In this document: positions 23,045 through 34,886 of the stretch, piece by piece
Layout: each line of letters starts with the position of its first letter
Numbering within the stretch: position 1 is the first letter of the stretch
Origin: Zygnema circumcarinatum SAG 698-1b
Taxonomy: Eukaryota; Plantae; Zygnematophyceae
Reading direction: 5' to 3'
Assembly (NCBI GenBank): GCA_037447605.1
Contig: CM074819.1
Coordinates: 1,758,297-1,822,296, forward strand
DNA length: 64,000 nt
Notes under the pieces: generated by a model
Databases searched by the model: none
What the model was told of the DNA's origin: nothing
Seen by the model: the letters and a program-made list of their open reading frames with translations, nothing else
Position numbers and translations under genes: made by a program

Positions 23045-23652
23045 GTAGTAAAATCAGATTCACGTGAACGCCGTTTTGCAGATAAAAACACGAGTTCAAT
23101 AAACACGTTTAACCAATCAAAGATAGCCATCGCACGATTTAAACCGTCCGCCGTGGTGCAACAAGGTTCCCGTACGTACGTCGCCGTCGACATATCTGAC
23201 GGTTTGCAAGAAACGACGCACGTCTGTCGTTAACAAGGCGTTGACGCATCCATCCCGCGTGGCAATAGCACTCTTGAATTTTTCGGTTGTTACGGAGTGA
23301 CACGATATAGGTCGTACAAGTCTGCCTTTTCGTATGACCGTTTTAAGGAACGGTGTCTCTTCTGTACGTGACAGCCACGTCATCGCCACGTCTGTGAAAC
23401 TGCTACATAGAAACCAACCGTTGTTGTCCTCACGACGCCACGTAAGAATACAGAACTGATAGTATTCTACGCTTAAGCAAATATTACACAGTCATCACAA
23501 AACCGAGTTTAATTGTCGGTGCAAGTAAAATACAGTTGATTTTTAACCGACAAACCTCTAACTTCTCGTAAGAAAGTTTATCGTCACAGCAACCGAATTA
23601 AGAGGTTACATTGTTACGTAACAACTGAAACAACGGTATCATGTAATATAAA

Positions 23653-26117
23653 ATGTCAATGACACACATACGCCTAAACACTGCCAACGTACACGGAAGA
23701 AATAACACTTCCTACTCTCAAGCTCACGCAATCATGAATCAAAACGCGGACACACATATTTCTGGAGCGGAAGAATTATATGACGGTGTTCATCGTGAAA
23801 TGGTATGTTCACATGCATCAGGTGTAAAAACCAAGACGATAATAATTTTTATACAGTTCAAAACATCGAACTTTGTTGATCAATATTAATGACTCTATTC
23901 TAAAACAATCATATTTTTTTATCTAACTATGAATAGTTGTTTCTAATTTGTTATAAAACATGAAATATTTAATCCAGGACAATATATCTGGGTCGAACGG
24001 AGCATGCAGTTCAGGCGGCAAACTGATTTCAGAAAAAGTAAGTGCCGAAAACAAACTCTGCACAAAAAGAAAACAAATACAATATTTATGAGAATATGGA
24101 ATGTGGCATCATTATGCAACAACATCTGTTATTAGTTTACTGACTTATCTTATTTGTATGGTTTATTTACAGGTTATCACCAATACACCAAAGCTATTGT
24201 TTACATCTTTATCAAACACGTTAAGATCAGATTTTCACATGATTCTCACTATCGAGCATATTACTCTCCCAAAAATTGTTAATCAATCGTGTGTAGCAAC
24301 AATGGACGTATACGATGAAGATGGCGTTCGTTTCATGTTTGAAAATTGGGGAAAAGATACAGATATCAACGACATGACAGAAACTTTCTTAGGATACAAG
24401 GAAGGAGATGCAATTCGAATAAGCAATCCGTTCGTAAAAGAAACAAAAGATATGTAAGTGTCACGTTTCTTTTTAATAATACGGTATTTTTATCATGCTA
24501 AATAAACAAACAGAACAATCTAACTACAACCACCGTGTTTCTTCAAATATTGCAGATACAGGCGATACGGATCTACATACAAATTGTCACCTACGAAAAG
24601 GACGATCATTGACGTCTTAGAAAAATCAGAGAAAAAACAGTTCAAATTCGTATCCCCGCCGCCACCAAAAAATCTGTCCGTAATCAACGAAAATGTCAAT
24701 GTAAGACAATTGCTACCAGCTGTAATAACTAATATGGTTTGTTTTTTTTGCACGAAAAAATTATCGTCAACATAAAAGTGACAGAATGTAATTAAAACGT
24801 TTCTGTTTTTTTGTCTATGATTGCAGATAATGTTCGACGTCCAAGGAATCTTGAAGAGCAGACAAGAAATAAAACAAACTCAAACAAAAAATGGCTTCAA
24901 ACCATATTGCGACATTGAATTAGAAGATTATACCCGAATTCGGAAAATAACATTGTGGGGATATGATACAGACATCATCCATAAAACAGGCGTAAGAGTG
25001 GGTGAAACAGCAATTCGACTGACAAATTGTACATACACAGGAAACATGCTCAAAGTGACGTCCTCGTAAGTGTTTTAATCAAATAGTTCGTCATAATCCA
25101 AAACGACAAACAAAGATATCAAAAAATCAAAAATCACAATAACACATTGTTTTATCTGTTGTGTACTTACGAGAATTTTGCACATGTGTTTGGTTGGTTT
25201 CAGGACAACAATTATATTTCTGGCAGATGAACGCACAATCACAGCAATACATGGGCCAACAGGAATAAAACGGACCCATCCATTGGCTGGAGTTGAAACA
25301 GATACGTTGAGGTAAACCCAAAATTGAAAAAAAAAACCATAAGATAATATCAAAAAGTTTATGTTTTAACGATGTTAACACGTGTGAACATGTTTATTGA
25401 TAACGAAAATGTGATTGAGAATAATACCGAGATGAGTATGACCATTATGGTGCACACCGAAAGCGCACGTGCAACCATTGCTGAACGCTGCAATCGCGTA
25501 ACGGACGGTGGAATCTTTTGTAATGCACCAGCATACCCCCGTGTTCCGAATGGGCCAATGGAATGCAGAATCCACGGAGAAACAGCAACCATGAAATTTC
25601 TTATTGTATCTATCACAATGAGAGATGCAAGTAAGTAACTACTCTTATTGCAACATAAAGTCTGAATTCTTTTGTAATTTGTGATTTCTCTGCATTTTCA
25701 TTTTCTTTTTTTTAAACAAAAAAAAAAAAACATGTTATGTTCCCAACTTTGATCTCCACGTCTTTGCTGTTCACAGATTCTGAAAAAAGAGAAGCGAAAA
25801 TCTTCCCACATTCTTTCAAATTCTTGACTGGTCATACAGCAAGCACATTCGACAATTTATCCGACAGCAACAAAAAAAAAGAATTACAGAAACTCGAGGG
25901 AAATTTTGCTGCAAAGGTAAAAGACATACTTTTATATCGTCATATTGTACATTTAATAATTATAATTTGTCGTAAAAACTAATACTACAATTGTGTGTAC
26001 ATGATACTGCAGATTAAAATGAAAAGAGATGACGCAAAAATATTATACCAAATCGAAGACTTGACACCTGCCGAAATAAATGTGGTGTACAAAAAAAAAC
26101 ATAAGGTGAAATCATAA
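23653..26117 (+). CDS. RPA70-like multi-OB-fold ssDNA-binding protein with short introns, carried by the Helentron
   Basis: From about 24172 onward the exons splice in phase to ..MDVYDEDGVRFMFENWGKD..EGDAIRISNPFVK..FKFVS..FDVQGILKS..TKNG..DIELED..KITLWG..KVTSSTTII..ERCN..FCN..ECRIH..ITMRDANSEKREAKIF..LTGHTAS..FAAKIKMK, resembling RPA70 DBD-A/B/C with a Zn ribbon; 5' exons and start codon less certain. Confidence 0.75.
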
Positions 26118-28129
26118 TCACCTCAGCTTCTCCTCATCTTTATTATCTTTTCTTCTCTTTTTTTTCGTAACCTCTTTTTTTACGCTCCTCATTTATCTCG
26201 CTCCACTTATTTTTCGCTCCCTTCAAATATCACTAATATCTTCTCGCTTACCTCCTCACGTTTTCTTTAAACACTCTTCTGCCACTCGTACACCGCACTT
26301 CCCCTTCTCGTCTAATACCTGAACGTTCTATCAAACCTTCTCTTTTTCCCATTTTCCACCAATATCTACTTTTTCATCTATCTCCATTCTTTCTTCTCTC
26401 CTCCAATTCCATCTCTTTTTTACACCTCTAAAATTATTCTTTACAGACTGATTATAATTATAAACACATTGGCATTGCAGATAACACAAGATGCAGACGA
26501 TGAAGATCAAGGTTACGATGTAACCCTTTTCAATGGCTGACAAATAAGCAGTCCATACAGAATACGTACATCAAAACCAAAATCACAGCTTTCAATTCAG
26601 TATCAGCGACAGCAACATTGTCATATCTCTTCTGACATCATCACTTTCCACGTCTACTTCATCACCAACCACCACAATCATAACCATCAACCTTCAAAAA
26701 ATATGTACACATGTCAAATAGATTTTGCGAGTATAGCACTTTTTGTTTTTATTATTATTTCAGTAGTTTTTCCCATAAGATTTTTTTTGATTCGAGTGAA
26801 CATTTGTATACGCTATACTCATGATTTCTTGTTTTTTTTAAAAAAAAAAATTTATCTGTCCTGCCTTTGTGCCTATCATATCACAGCTTGCAAAAGTTTT
26901 GACGCCTCCGTACTTACTTTAATCTGTTTTAATACCTGCAAACAAAAATAAAAATAAAACATTCCTACTATCCTCTACACATCCGATTGCTTCGGCACCA
27001 GCAATTGCAGCAGCTCTGAATTCGGCGCTAAACAACGTAAAGTATTCGTAGAATTCACTACAAGCCATTTTTTCTACTAATAATATTGGCAAAAACCCAT
27101 TCATACGATGGACCATCTCATATCTGTCAACTGATATTTTCACTACTGAAACTGAACTAAAAACTCGATTCTTCAGAAATCACAACATATTAATTACTCA
27201 TAATTAACTAAATTCATCCAACAAAAACAAAAACTACAATTAAATCACAAAGTCGAATGAATAAATAAAAATATTTTCGTCATAGAGCACGCGAAACAGC
27301 CGCTCTCTTCGACTGAAATCGCACAGCTCCAATAGACTCCAAGTCTGAAGCGGATTCCTCATTACAGAGAAAACTATTCCTTGCGGCAGTGACATCCGCA
27401 CTACAAGCGTACTGTATTCGCTCACTGCAAAGAAAACACGACTTCTTCCTCTGCGCTTGATAAATTGCCATTCCGACGATGACACCACGGTATTTCTGTA
27501 ACCCTAATACGAGCGTCATAGCCACCGATTGACTGTCCCTTTAGACGAACCAACTGATGGAACACCGTTATGCCCACACTGCAATAAATGTTCAGTTTCA
27601 TTACCATTACATGAAAACGGTTCGGTTGAAAGGCCGTTAACTATAAAACTGTAACACGAAAAAAATCGGTTCGTACACATCGAAAAAATGAGCCACGTTA
27701 ACATCTAACAGACATCCGTAAAATAAAACGAACCAAAATTTGCCACACTATGCGATTACGGTTAACCAACAAAACTGATAGTATCGTACCGGACTGGTCT
27801 TGTCAACAAACATTCATGATTCAAAAGACGACAAGCGTAAACTGCTGAAAAATACACACAGATCGAAAATATAAATAACAACATGCTACACGTACGTTTT
27901 ACACCATACAGTACGACCGACATTGCCGACAGTTGTTGCCGGTACAAAACCAACTATTCAACTTCTAACTTCCAGTTAGATATTACCGTGACTAACCTCC
28001 GCTAAAAACTTCTACACGTCCACGTTTACACAGCAACAACAGCAACATGTACTATAAATTACCAACAAACTTGAGTGATGTCAATCACGGAGCAGCCTTC
28101 AGAGTTGAGGCTTATTATATCCTTCCGTC

Positions 28130-29446
28130 ATGACATCAAACATCAAGCGTTTACCAGTAGAAGTATTGGCGAAGATATTACAAATATGTATTACTCAGTC
28201 TTGTATGTTTATGCAAACAGCTATCCATCTATCAACAGTAAGCAAACATTTCAAAAATGCTGTGCAGGCTTTATCAATTGCCGTTATTGACAACAACTGC
28301 GCACACCGTATATCAACTTTAATATCCGATTCTTATGATGAAGCTATATATATTGCACGACAATTGTCATTCTTTCCACATCTTCGTGAATTGGTACTCC
28401 AATGCTCATCAATACCAGCAGTGATGTTTGATTATTGGACAACAACATTTGGGAAGACATTGACTACGCTGACAATATTATACTCTAATAACGGATTGAA
28501 TTGGAGTCATTTCGCGGCTTTATCGGAATATCCGTGCCTTGAAAATATAAACGCTTACATAGAACTTACAAATATTGAAAACAACCAACTGAAACCTCTT
28601 AAAAAGTTGAAAACCATTTATGCGACATTATGCAAAAGCGCAAAACGCCAAAATGACGAAATTACAAAAAAGACGTTTCAACGTTTTCTACAACTATTCC
28701 CTAATCTTCATGAATTACACATATATAATGATATTGACACCAGACTGCTGCTCATTCAACATTCGTCGTTGTATAATATTCTTATCAAAGGACAGGCAAC
28801 AAATCTGCACATTGATTGCTCAAAATTGCAACGGCTTCGAGTTGAAGTAAATGGAAAGATACAAGAATTTGTCGTTTCATGCGAACAATTGAAGTATCTT
28901 GACATTAGCAATGACATCGACAACCTTCATTTTATTAATAAAAAACCATTCATCACCCGATTAACACTACAATCACTTGAAAATAATATCGCCTGCACCG
29001 AACAGCAATTGAATATAGAAGAGTTGCACTGTAATGGATATTCTACGTATTCTACATTTGAGTTTTTAGTAAAGAGCAAAAAAACGTTACAACAAGCAAA
29101 GTTTACTTATTGTTATGCACAGTTTGAACTGTCACATGTTTTCCTTCATGCTAAAAAATTTCCAAAACTGATGATGTGTACATTTCAAAACGTCATGCAC
29201 GCAGATTTTTTAGACATAATATACTCACTTTTGAGAGTTTGTCCTCGTCTACATCATGTTAATTTTCAACTAGAGACATCTACAGCAAGAGATTTAGACA
29301 ACCATTTTATCAAAAAAGAAGAGACTATTACAACAAAAGTAAATAGAAAAATCTGGACCAGCATAGTTTTTATGTTGGTGACAAGTCGTGGCACAGTTTT
29401 CAATGACAGATGTCATAAATTATTTGTAAATATCGACACAAATTAA
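28130..29446 (+). CDS. Intronless F-box plus LRR-like protein, 438 aa, Helentron cargo
   Basis: N-terminal F-box-like KRLPVEVLAKIL..LSTVSKHFK followed by LxxLxL repeats (LRELVL, LTTLTIL, LENINA, LKTIYA, LHELHI, LQRLRV, LKYLDI, ITRLTL). Confidence 0.75.
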   Translation: MTSNIKRLPVEVLAKILQICITQSCMFMQTAIHLSTVSKHFKNAVQALSIAVIDNNCAHRISTLISDSYDEAIYIARQLSFFPHLRELVLQCSSIPAVMFDYWTTTFGKTLTTLTILYSNNGLNWSHFAALSEYPCLENINAYIELTNIENNQLKPLKKLKTIYATLCKSAKRQNDEITKKTFQRFLQLFPNLHELHIYNDIDTRLLLIQHSSLYNILIKGQATNLHIDCSKLQRLRVEVNGKIQEFVVSCEQLKYLDISNDIDNLHFINKKPFITRLTLQSLENNIACTEQQLNIEELHCNGYSTYSTFEFLVKSKKTLQQAKFTYCYAQFELSHVFLHAKKFPKLMMCTFQNVMHADFLDIIYSLLRVCPRLHHVNFQLETSTARDLDNHFIKKEETITTKVNRKIWTSIVFMLVTSRGTVFNDRCHKLFVNIDTN

Positions 29447-29689
29447 AAACTATATAATATTGAAGACTACGATAAACAAATTTATCTTTATACATCATAT
29501 TTTTTTCAACGAAAATAAAAAAATTACAAAAAAAAAAGCCCTTACTCTTTTCTCTGTCTCTCTTTTTATCTCTATTCTCTTTTATTTGTTTTTTTCCTTT
29601 ACTCTCTCACCAACTTCATCACATCTTCATCTATATGCACTTCCTGTATTCCCTTCATTTTTTCTGTTTCTTTTCTCTGTCTCTTTCGT

Positions 29690-30520
29690 CCATGTCCAAA
29701 AAAAAGGCCAATGCAACGTCTACTTCATACAAATCTCTTTCTGACAGAACAAAAGAGCTTTCGGCATTTTTTTTCCCCATATAAATAATAATAATAAAAA
29801 AACACAAAAAAAAAAAAAACCTGATATGATAACGACAAAAAACCAACCAACAGAAAAGATAATAATAACACAGACGCAGAGAACTCAACACGATGACTCT
29901 TTATAAGTCTGTTCGAGCAACACGTAACCTTAAAAACTAACCCTAAAAACCGTCAAAAAACGCACGGCGAACTGTACGGAAAAGTTGCACAGCGATCACT
30001 CGTACAAACAAATCTCCGTACATAATGTAAAACAGTTATCAATATTATAACAGCTCTACGCGCACAACATAAAACTTTGACCATAAAAAACCGCGATATA
30101 CGAAAAGTCGTAAACGCTAATGCAGCGTCTATTTCATAGAGATCTTTTTCAGACAGAACGAAAGACGATTCTCCAATCCTTTTTCCCATCTTAATAATAA
30201 AGAGGAAAAAAACCCAAAAAAAAAAGACACCTCTGATGATATTAAAAGAAGAGAGATGAAAAAAAAACTACAAACAAACAAACACACAGACAATTACACA
30301 GGATGACTATTTATCAGTCTGTTCCTGCTACTGGAAACCCTAAAAACTAACCCTAAAAACCGCCACCACAGCGAACCGCAAACTGTACGGAACGGTTGCA
30401 CAGCGATCAAACGTACAAAAACCAATCCGTACATATTGTTTAACAGTTAGCACTATTATAACCGCCTTTTTAAAGAAAGAGTACGCACACTACATAAACC
30501 GTCGACCAAAAAACCGCAAT
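29690..30520 (+). repeat. Diverged tandem duplication of about 410 bp near the Helentron 3' end
   Basis: Paired segments aaaaactaaccctaaaaaccg..actgtacggaa..gttgcacagcgatca..cgtaca near 29930 and 30340. Confidence 0.75.
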
Positions 30521-30709
30521 ACACGTACAATCGTAAACGCACAACTGTAAAACGTACAACGATACGAACTCACGAAACCGATTAAAACAACGTCGTATAC
30601 AAAACAAAACAAATCGGTCAACATGCCAAAAATACTGTAACAAAATCAAATCGAAATCGTTTTTTGCGATCATAATCACATTCTAACAAACACAATACTT
30701 TAGAATCAC

Positions 30710-31737
30710 AAAAACATGTGTACAAACAAAAACAGCCTCCACCATATCAACATCCAACCATGTGAAACACTACGGTATTTGTCCCCTCCACCACTTCGCT
30801 GTTGGAGTGGGGGACTGATCCCCGCTGCTCCCGGCAACACCTCGTGTGTCACCCTCCACAGGAACTCGTGTTCCCACCGATGTAGACATTCCCACTCTTT
30901 CACTCTCAAGGCTCTATCTCAATTCACTCATCGCCCATAACTCACAGAATGAACACCAGAGATAAGCACAGCGGAAATCAATCGAGAGAAGTGTAGGAGA
31001 AAGCTCACGGCTCTAAAACTCCTTTATAATAAGATGTCCACCCACATGAAGTTCTCCCACCACTACAAGGTAAGTCCCTCTTACTCACTACCTCACGACA
31101 CAAGTGAAGGCAGCCTGACAGCACGAGCAGGCACAGAATAAGAGACAGAACTAGTATGGTTATTTTTCCCATAGTAAAACTATGCACTATATANNNNNNN
31201 NNNTCACGCCCGCCATTGCAAACCCATGCACCGTGGGCGCACTCAAGAATAGCGACCGGAGAGTGGCCTCGCAAACCTACGACGACACCGACCTAGTTCT
31301 TGTCTGTCCGTACAATAGTCCGTACAGTTCCGCCGTTTCGTCAGCCTTCCTTAGCGATCTTCGCCCGCCGACACTTCGGCCGTACATACGAACCAGCGGA
31401 CCCACATCACGAGTGGTCCACGTGGCGCATTCCGATTCGCCGCCAAGTATCTCCCATGTCGTTTCCGCGCCGCAACTTTCCGCTCCGCGTTTTGCGCCCG
31501 CGCCGCGACCAATCAAAGTAGCGCGTCCGTACGTCGCGCACTCGCGTCAGCGCCGCGACCAATCATCGCCGCTCGTTCGAACTCCGCGCACTCGCGGCGC
31601 ACTCGCCTAAGTCAGAACACCGACATCACTAAATCTAGAAGCACTACGCCTAGCAGATCTCATGTTCAACAACTGAGTACCACAACAAGTTAGTGTGTCC
31701 AATGTAATGTCTAACTATCATACACTAACACTAACAT
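30710..31737 (-). mobile_element. LTR-like fragment, related to 33247-34573 in opposite orientation
   Basis: Shared aaggagttttagagcc..agctttctccta..ttccgctgtgc and tgttagtgtat..tagttag; similar peptides WEHEFLWRVT and MERELRWRVT; no TSD found. Confidence 0.4.
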
Positions 31738-32508
31738 TCGCGCGATGTCCCTCACGTCGCAGACCTTCACGGCTGCTTCTAGGAATTTATTATTGGTACT
31801 AAGCGTAATTATTCACTCTTTCCTTCGATCTTTCGTGTTTAAATCCTTTGCGACACGTCTTTCAATAATTCATGTGTTACATATATTCATGACATTTTAA
31901 TGATCATTCCATCGTCAATTCAATACAATTTCTCATTCCATTATTTTCGGTTTTATCACAGACATATTACCTTATAGTCACGTTTGTCTTAACATACAAC
32001 GACGTTTTGTTTATTCTTTCCTTCTGTGTTATACGGGCACGTTCGCCAAAGACGTCTCTTACGCCACACAAAAAAACTTGAACTCACACAAGTGAAAACA
32101 ACACAACTAAAACTACAACATCATACACCCAAGCACACGAAATCAAGATATCAAATACATCGTATCCAATAGGCCAACAGTCGACACACACGTGTTCCAT
32201 GAATTCTTATTACAATACACTTCACAAAATTATAAAGAAAAAAAAAAACCTTCAAAAAGGCAACGCACGAGGATCTTGATCCGCAGCCTCTTATTTTTGC
32301 AAATAGAAGGTTCGTGTTACCAATAGACGGGCGGTATTGTTAGAGTTCATGTTAGAGTTCATGTTGGACCGTACGTATCGTACCGACTCATATCGTACCA
32401 CATCGTATCGTATCGTATCGTATCGGATCCAAAAAGGAGGAAAGACGAGCGAGCGCCTCTTACGGCGGCACGAGCGGGAAGATTCGGTGAGTTTTGCTGA
32501 AGCCCGTA

Positions 32509-34886
32509 CAGTAGGGGGTCCTCATATTTTCCACCCTGGTTTTGGCCAATTTGAGGCGAAAATATTGACTTTGCATATATAAGGTTCGTGTTACCAATAG
32601 ACGGGCGGTATTATGTTAGAGTTCATGTTGGACCGTATGTATCGTATCGTACCGTAGCGTACCACATCGTACTGTATCGTTCTGTATCGTTTAGCGTCGT
32701 ATCGTATTGTGCCACATCGTAACGCATAGACGTAGTTTTCCGCTGTGTTGTTCGTCTCAGCTCGTACGGCTAGTACCGTATCGGGGCGTTTCGTATCGCA
32801 CCGTACCATATCGTACCGTATCGTACTGTAAAGGCTACTACAGCTAATACGGCTAGTACGGATAATACCGTATCGGGGCGTTTCGTATCGTACTGTACCG
32901 TATCGAAGCCAAGAAGAAGAGGGAGAAGAGCAAGAGCCTCTTACGGCGGGACGTGCGGGGAGATTAGGTGACTTTTGCGTAAGCCCAAGCCCTTAACGTT
33001 TAGTACGGCTAGTACGGATAGTACAGATAGTACGAATAGTACGGCAAACACACAGTTACCGTACAAAAAGGTGGTTTTGGCAAAATCGTGGCGAATTTCT
33101 TGAGGACGCTGTAGCACAAGATAAGTGGAGTTAAGAGGAGACTGCTGATCTAGCTGAAGGTGCTGTACGGCAACTAGTGCATCTGTCCTGAAACTAATGA
33201 AGGGTTGGATTGGGGCTGTGGGTCTGCCTGCAGTATAGAGCCAGGTGTTAGTGTATAGTAGTTAGTCACTAGACAAGTTGTTGTTGGGACATTAGTTTTG
33301 TGTGCGTGTGTTGTGTGTGGCCCTTGGCGGCGATGTGCGCCTAGACCGACGGGCGGCGGTACGGACTTTGGTCGGTGGAGAGGCGCGGCGCGGCGGAGTC
33401 AGAAGTGACGAGGCGCGACGCGACGAATCGAAAAGTGACGTGGCGCGGACGCGGACGCGGAGCGAATCGAAGATGTGACGCGACGCGCGAAACTGCGCGC
33501 AAATTTGAAGTGACGTGGCGCGGNNNNNNNNNNGGCCCTTGCAGGCCGCTAGTCGATGTTGTGAAGCTTCGTAGCATGTTGTCACGTGTGTAGTGACATG
33601 GTACGTAAGGATTGTTTTTGTTGTAGGCAAACAATTCATTCAGGCTGTTGTAGTCTCTGTTATGCTGTTCGCTCGTGTTGCGACACTACACTTACTCGTG
33701 CTGTGAGGTAGTGAGCTGTGAGATTGCTGAGCGGCCGATTTGAGAGGGGGTCTCTCAATGTATGAGTGAATTCACTATTAAGGAGTTTTAGAGCCAGGAG
33801 CTTTCTCCTATTCATTTCTCTCTGTTATTCCGCTGTGCATTATTGCTGTGATTCACTCTGTGAATAAAATGGGCTATGAGTGAATGTGAGGGATTTGAAT
33901 ATGTTATCGTCGATTGGAACGCGAACTCCGATGGAGGGTGACCCGAATGGAGGAACGAACGGCAGCAGTGGAGGAGTCCCTGCACCAACACCAGGAACCG
34001 GGGGATTCAGAGGTACGCGCAGCGGAAGATGTAGGGATCCTGAAGATGTTTGCGCCGGCGACCGGACTCGATACGCAAAGAGCCCTTCCCTGGGGGTTCT
34101 CTTCTTCTGTTCTCTCTTCAGCTATTCTCTTAGCTAGGCTCCTAGTTATTGTCGGTCATTGGGAGGAATGGAAGGCAGGATAAAGCAAGTTTGGAGCTTG
34201 GCATAGAGACAGCAAAGAGAAGATAGGAATCAACTTAGAAAAAGGGTGTGTCTTGGAAACTTACCCCAGCCAGCGGTTGGCTGGGGATTCTCATTACAAT
34301 ATAAGTGTCTTCTCACTGAAATGCTTGTCTGGCTGGGCTGAATTGGATGTCTAAATGCTATCAGCAAGAAGACTCTCTCTCTCACTCTGTAGTGGAACTC
34401 TTTCTCTCTCGTACTAGCATCTGTTGCTAGAGCTTGAGAGGAAGAAAAGAAGAACAGGACAACAAACCACACAGCAAATACAAATACTAAGCCTAGCACT
34501 AAAAGACAAACTAGCATCACTGACATCCCATCTATCTATCTCTGACAGTAAATCCTGAGTCTTAGTAGTGACAGCCTCTGATTGGCCAACTGACCACTGA
34601 GTGGCCTGGCTGACTATGTGGAGCCTTATGATAGGTCAACTAATAACTATCGGCGGCAAATTGCGGCGCTCCGAGTGCGCCTTGCTGGATGATGTGTTGT
34701 TCCGTGGGCCGCCAACACATGGTACTGCCTTCTCGCATCCTCCGTTGGCAGCTCTTGGATTTTGCTGATCCGTGATTCTGAAGAGGCATATATCAAGTAC
34801 AACTGAACTGACGCGGATCCGTCGAGCGCAGCTCCACTACGCTACAACGCACTCCTTAGGGCGGTAAATACGAGGACCCCCCACTG
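32509..34886. mobile_element. Inner copy of the CAGT-TIR MITE family inserted at TA into the outer copy
   Basis: TA|CAGTAGGGGGTCCTCATATTTTCCACCC ... GGGCGGTAAATACGAGGACCCCCCACTG|TA, about 28-bp TIR with 4 mismatches; (ATCGT/ACCGT)n and TAGTACGG arrays. Confidence 0.7.
33247..34573 (+). mobile_element. Solo-LTR-like sequence (TG...CA) inside the inner MITE
   Basis: Starts tgttagtg and ends agtagtgaca; similar to 30710-31737; no convincing TSD. Confidence 0.35.

Larger units (their letters stand above)
10846..32295 (+). mobile_element. Full-length autonomous-type Helentron (HLE2) rolling-circle transposon, about 21.4 kb
   Basis: 5' tt-GCGTTGCC-gta-GGCAA (subTIR plus palindrome, 10847-10862); 3' GGCAACGCA (32259-32267), hairpin gaggatc-tt-gatccgc (32269-32284), then T-run; insertion in a T-run of a split MITE; internal RepHel-APE ORF; two N gaps make the length approximate. 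Confidence 0.88.

Noticed and set aside
10846-32295. AT-rich block as bacterial, viral or contaminant sequence
   Set aside because: It contains spliceosomal introns, has Helentron termini and interrupts a host repeat at a reconstructable empty site; a chimeric join is unlikely, though two internal N gaps remain
33783-33800. GTTTTAGAGC resembling the start of a Cas9 CRISPR repeat (also reversed near 31010)
   Set aside because: Only a 10-bp match inside LTR-like sequence, with no array; coincidental
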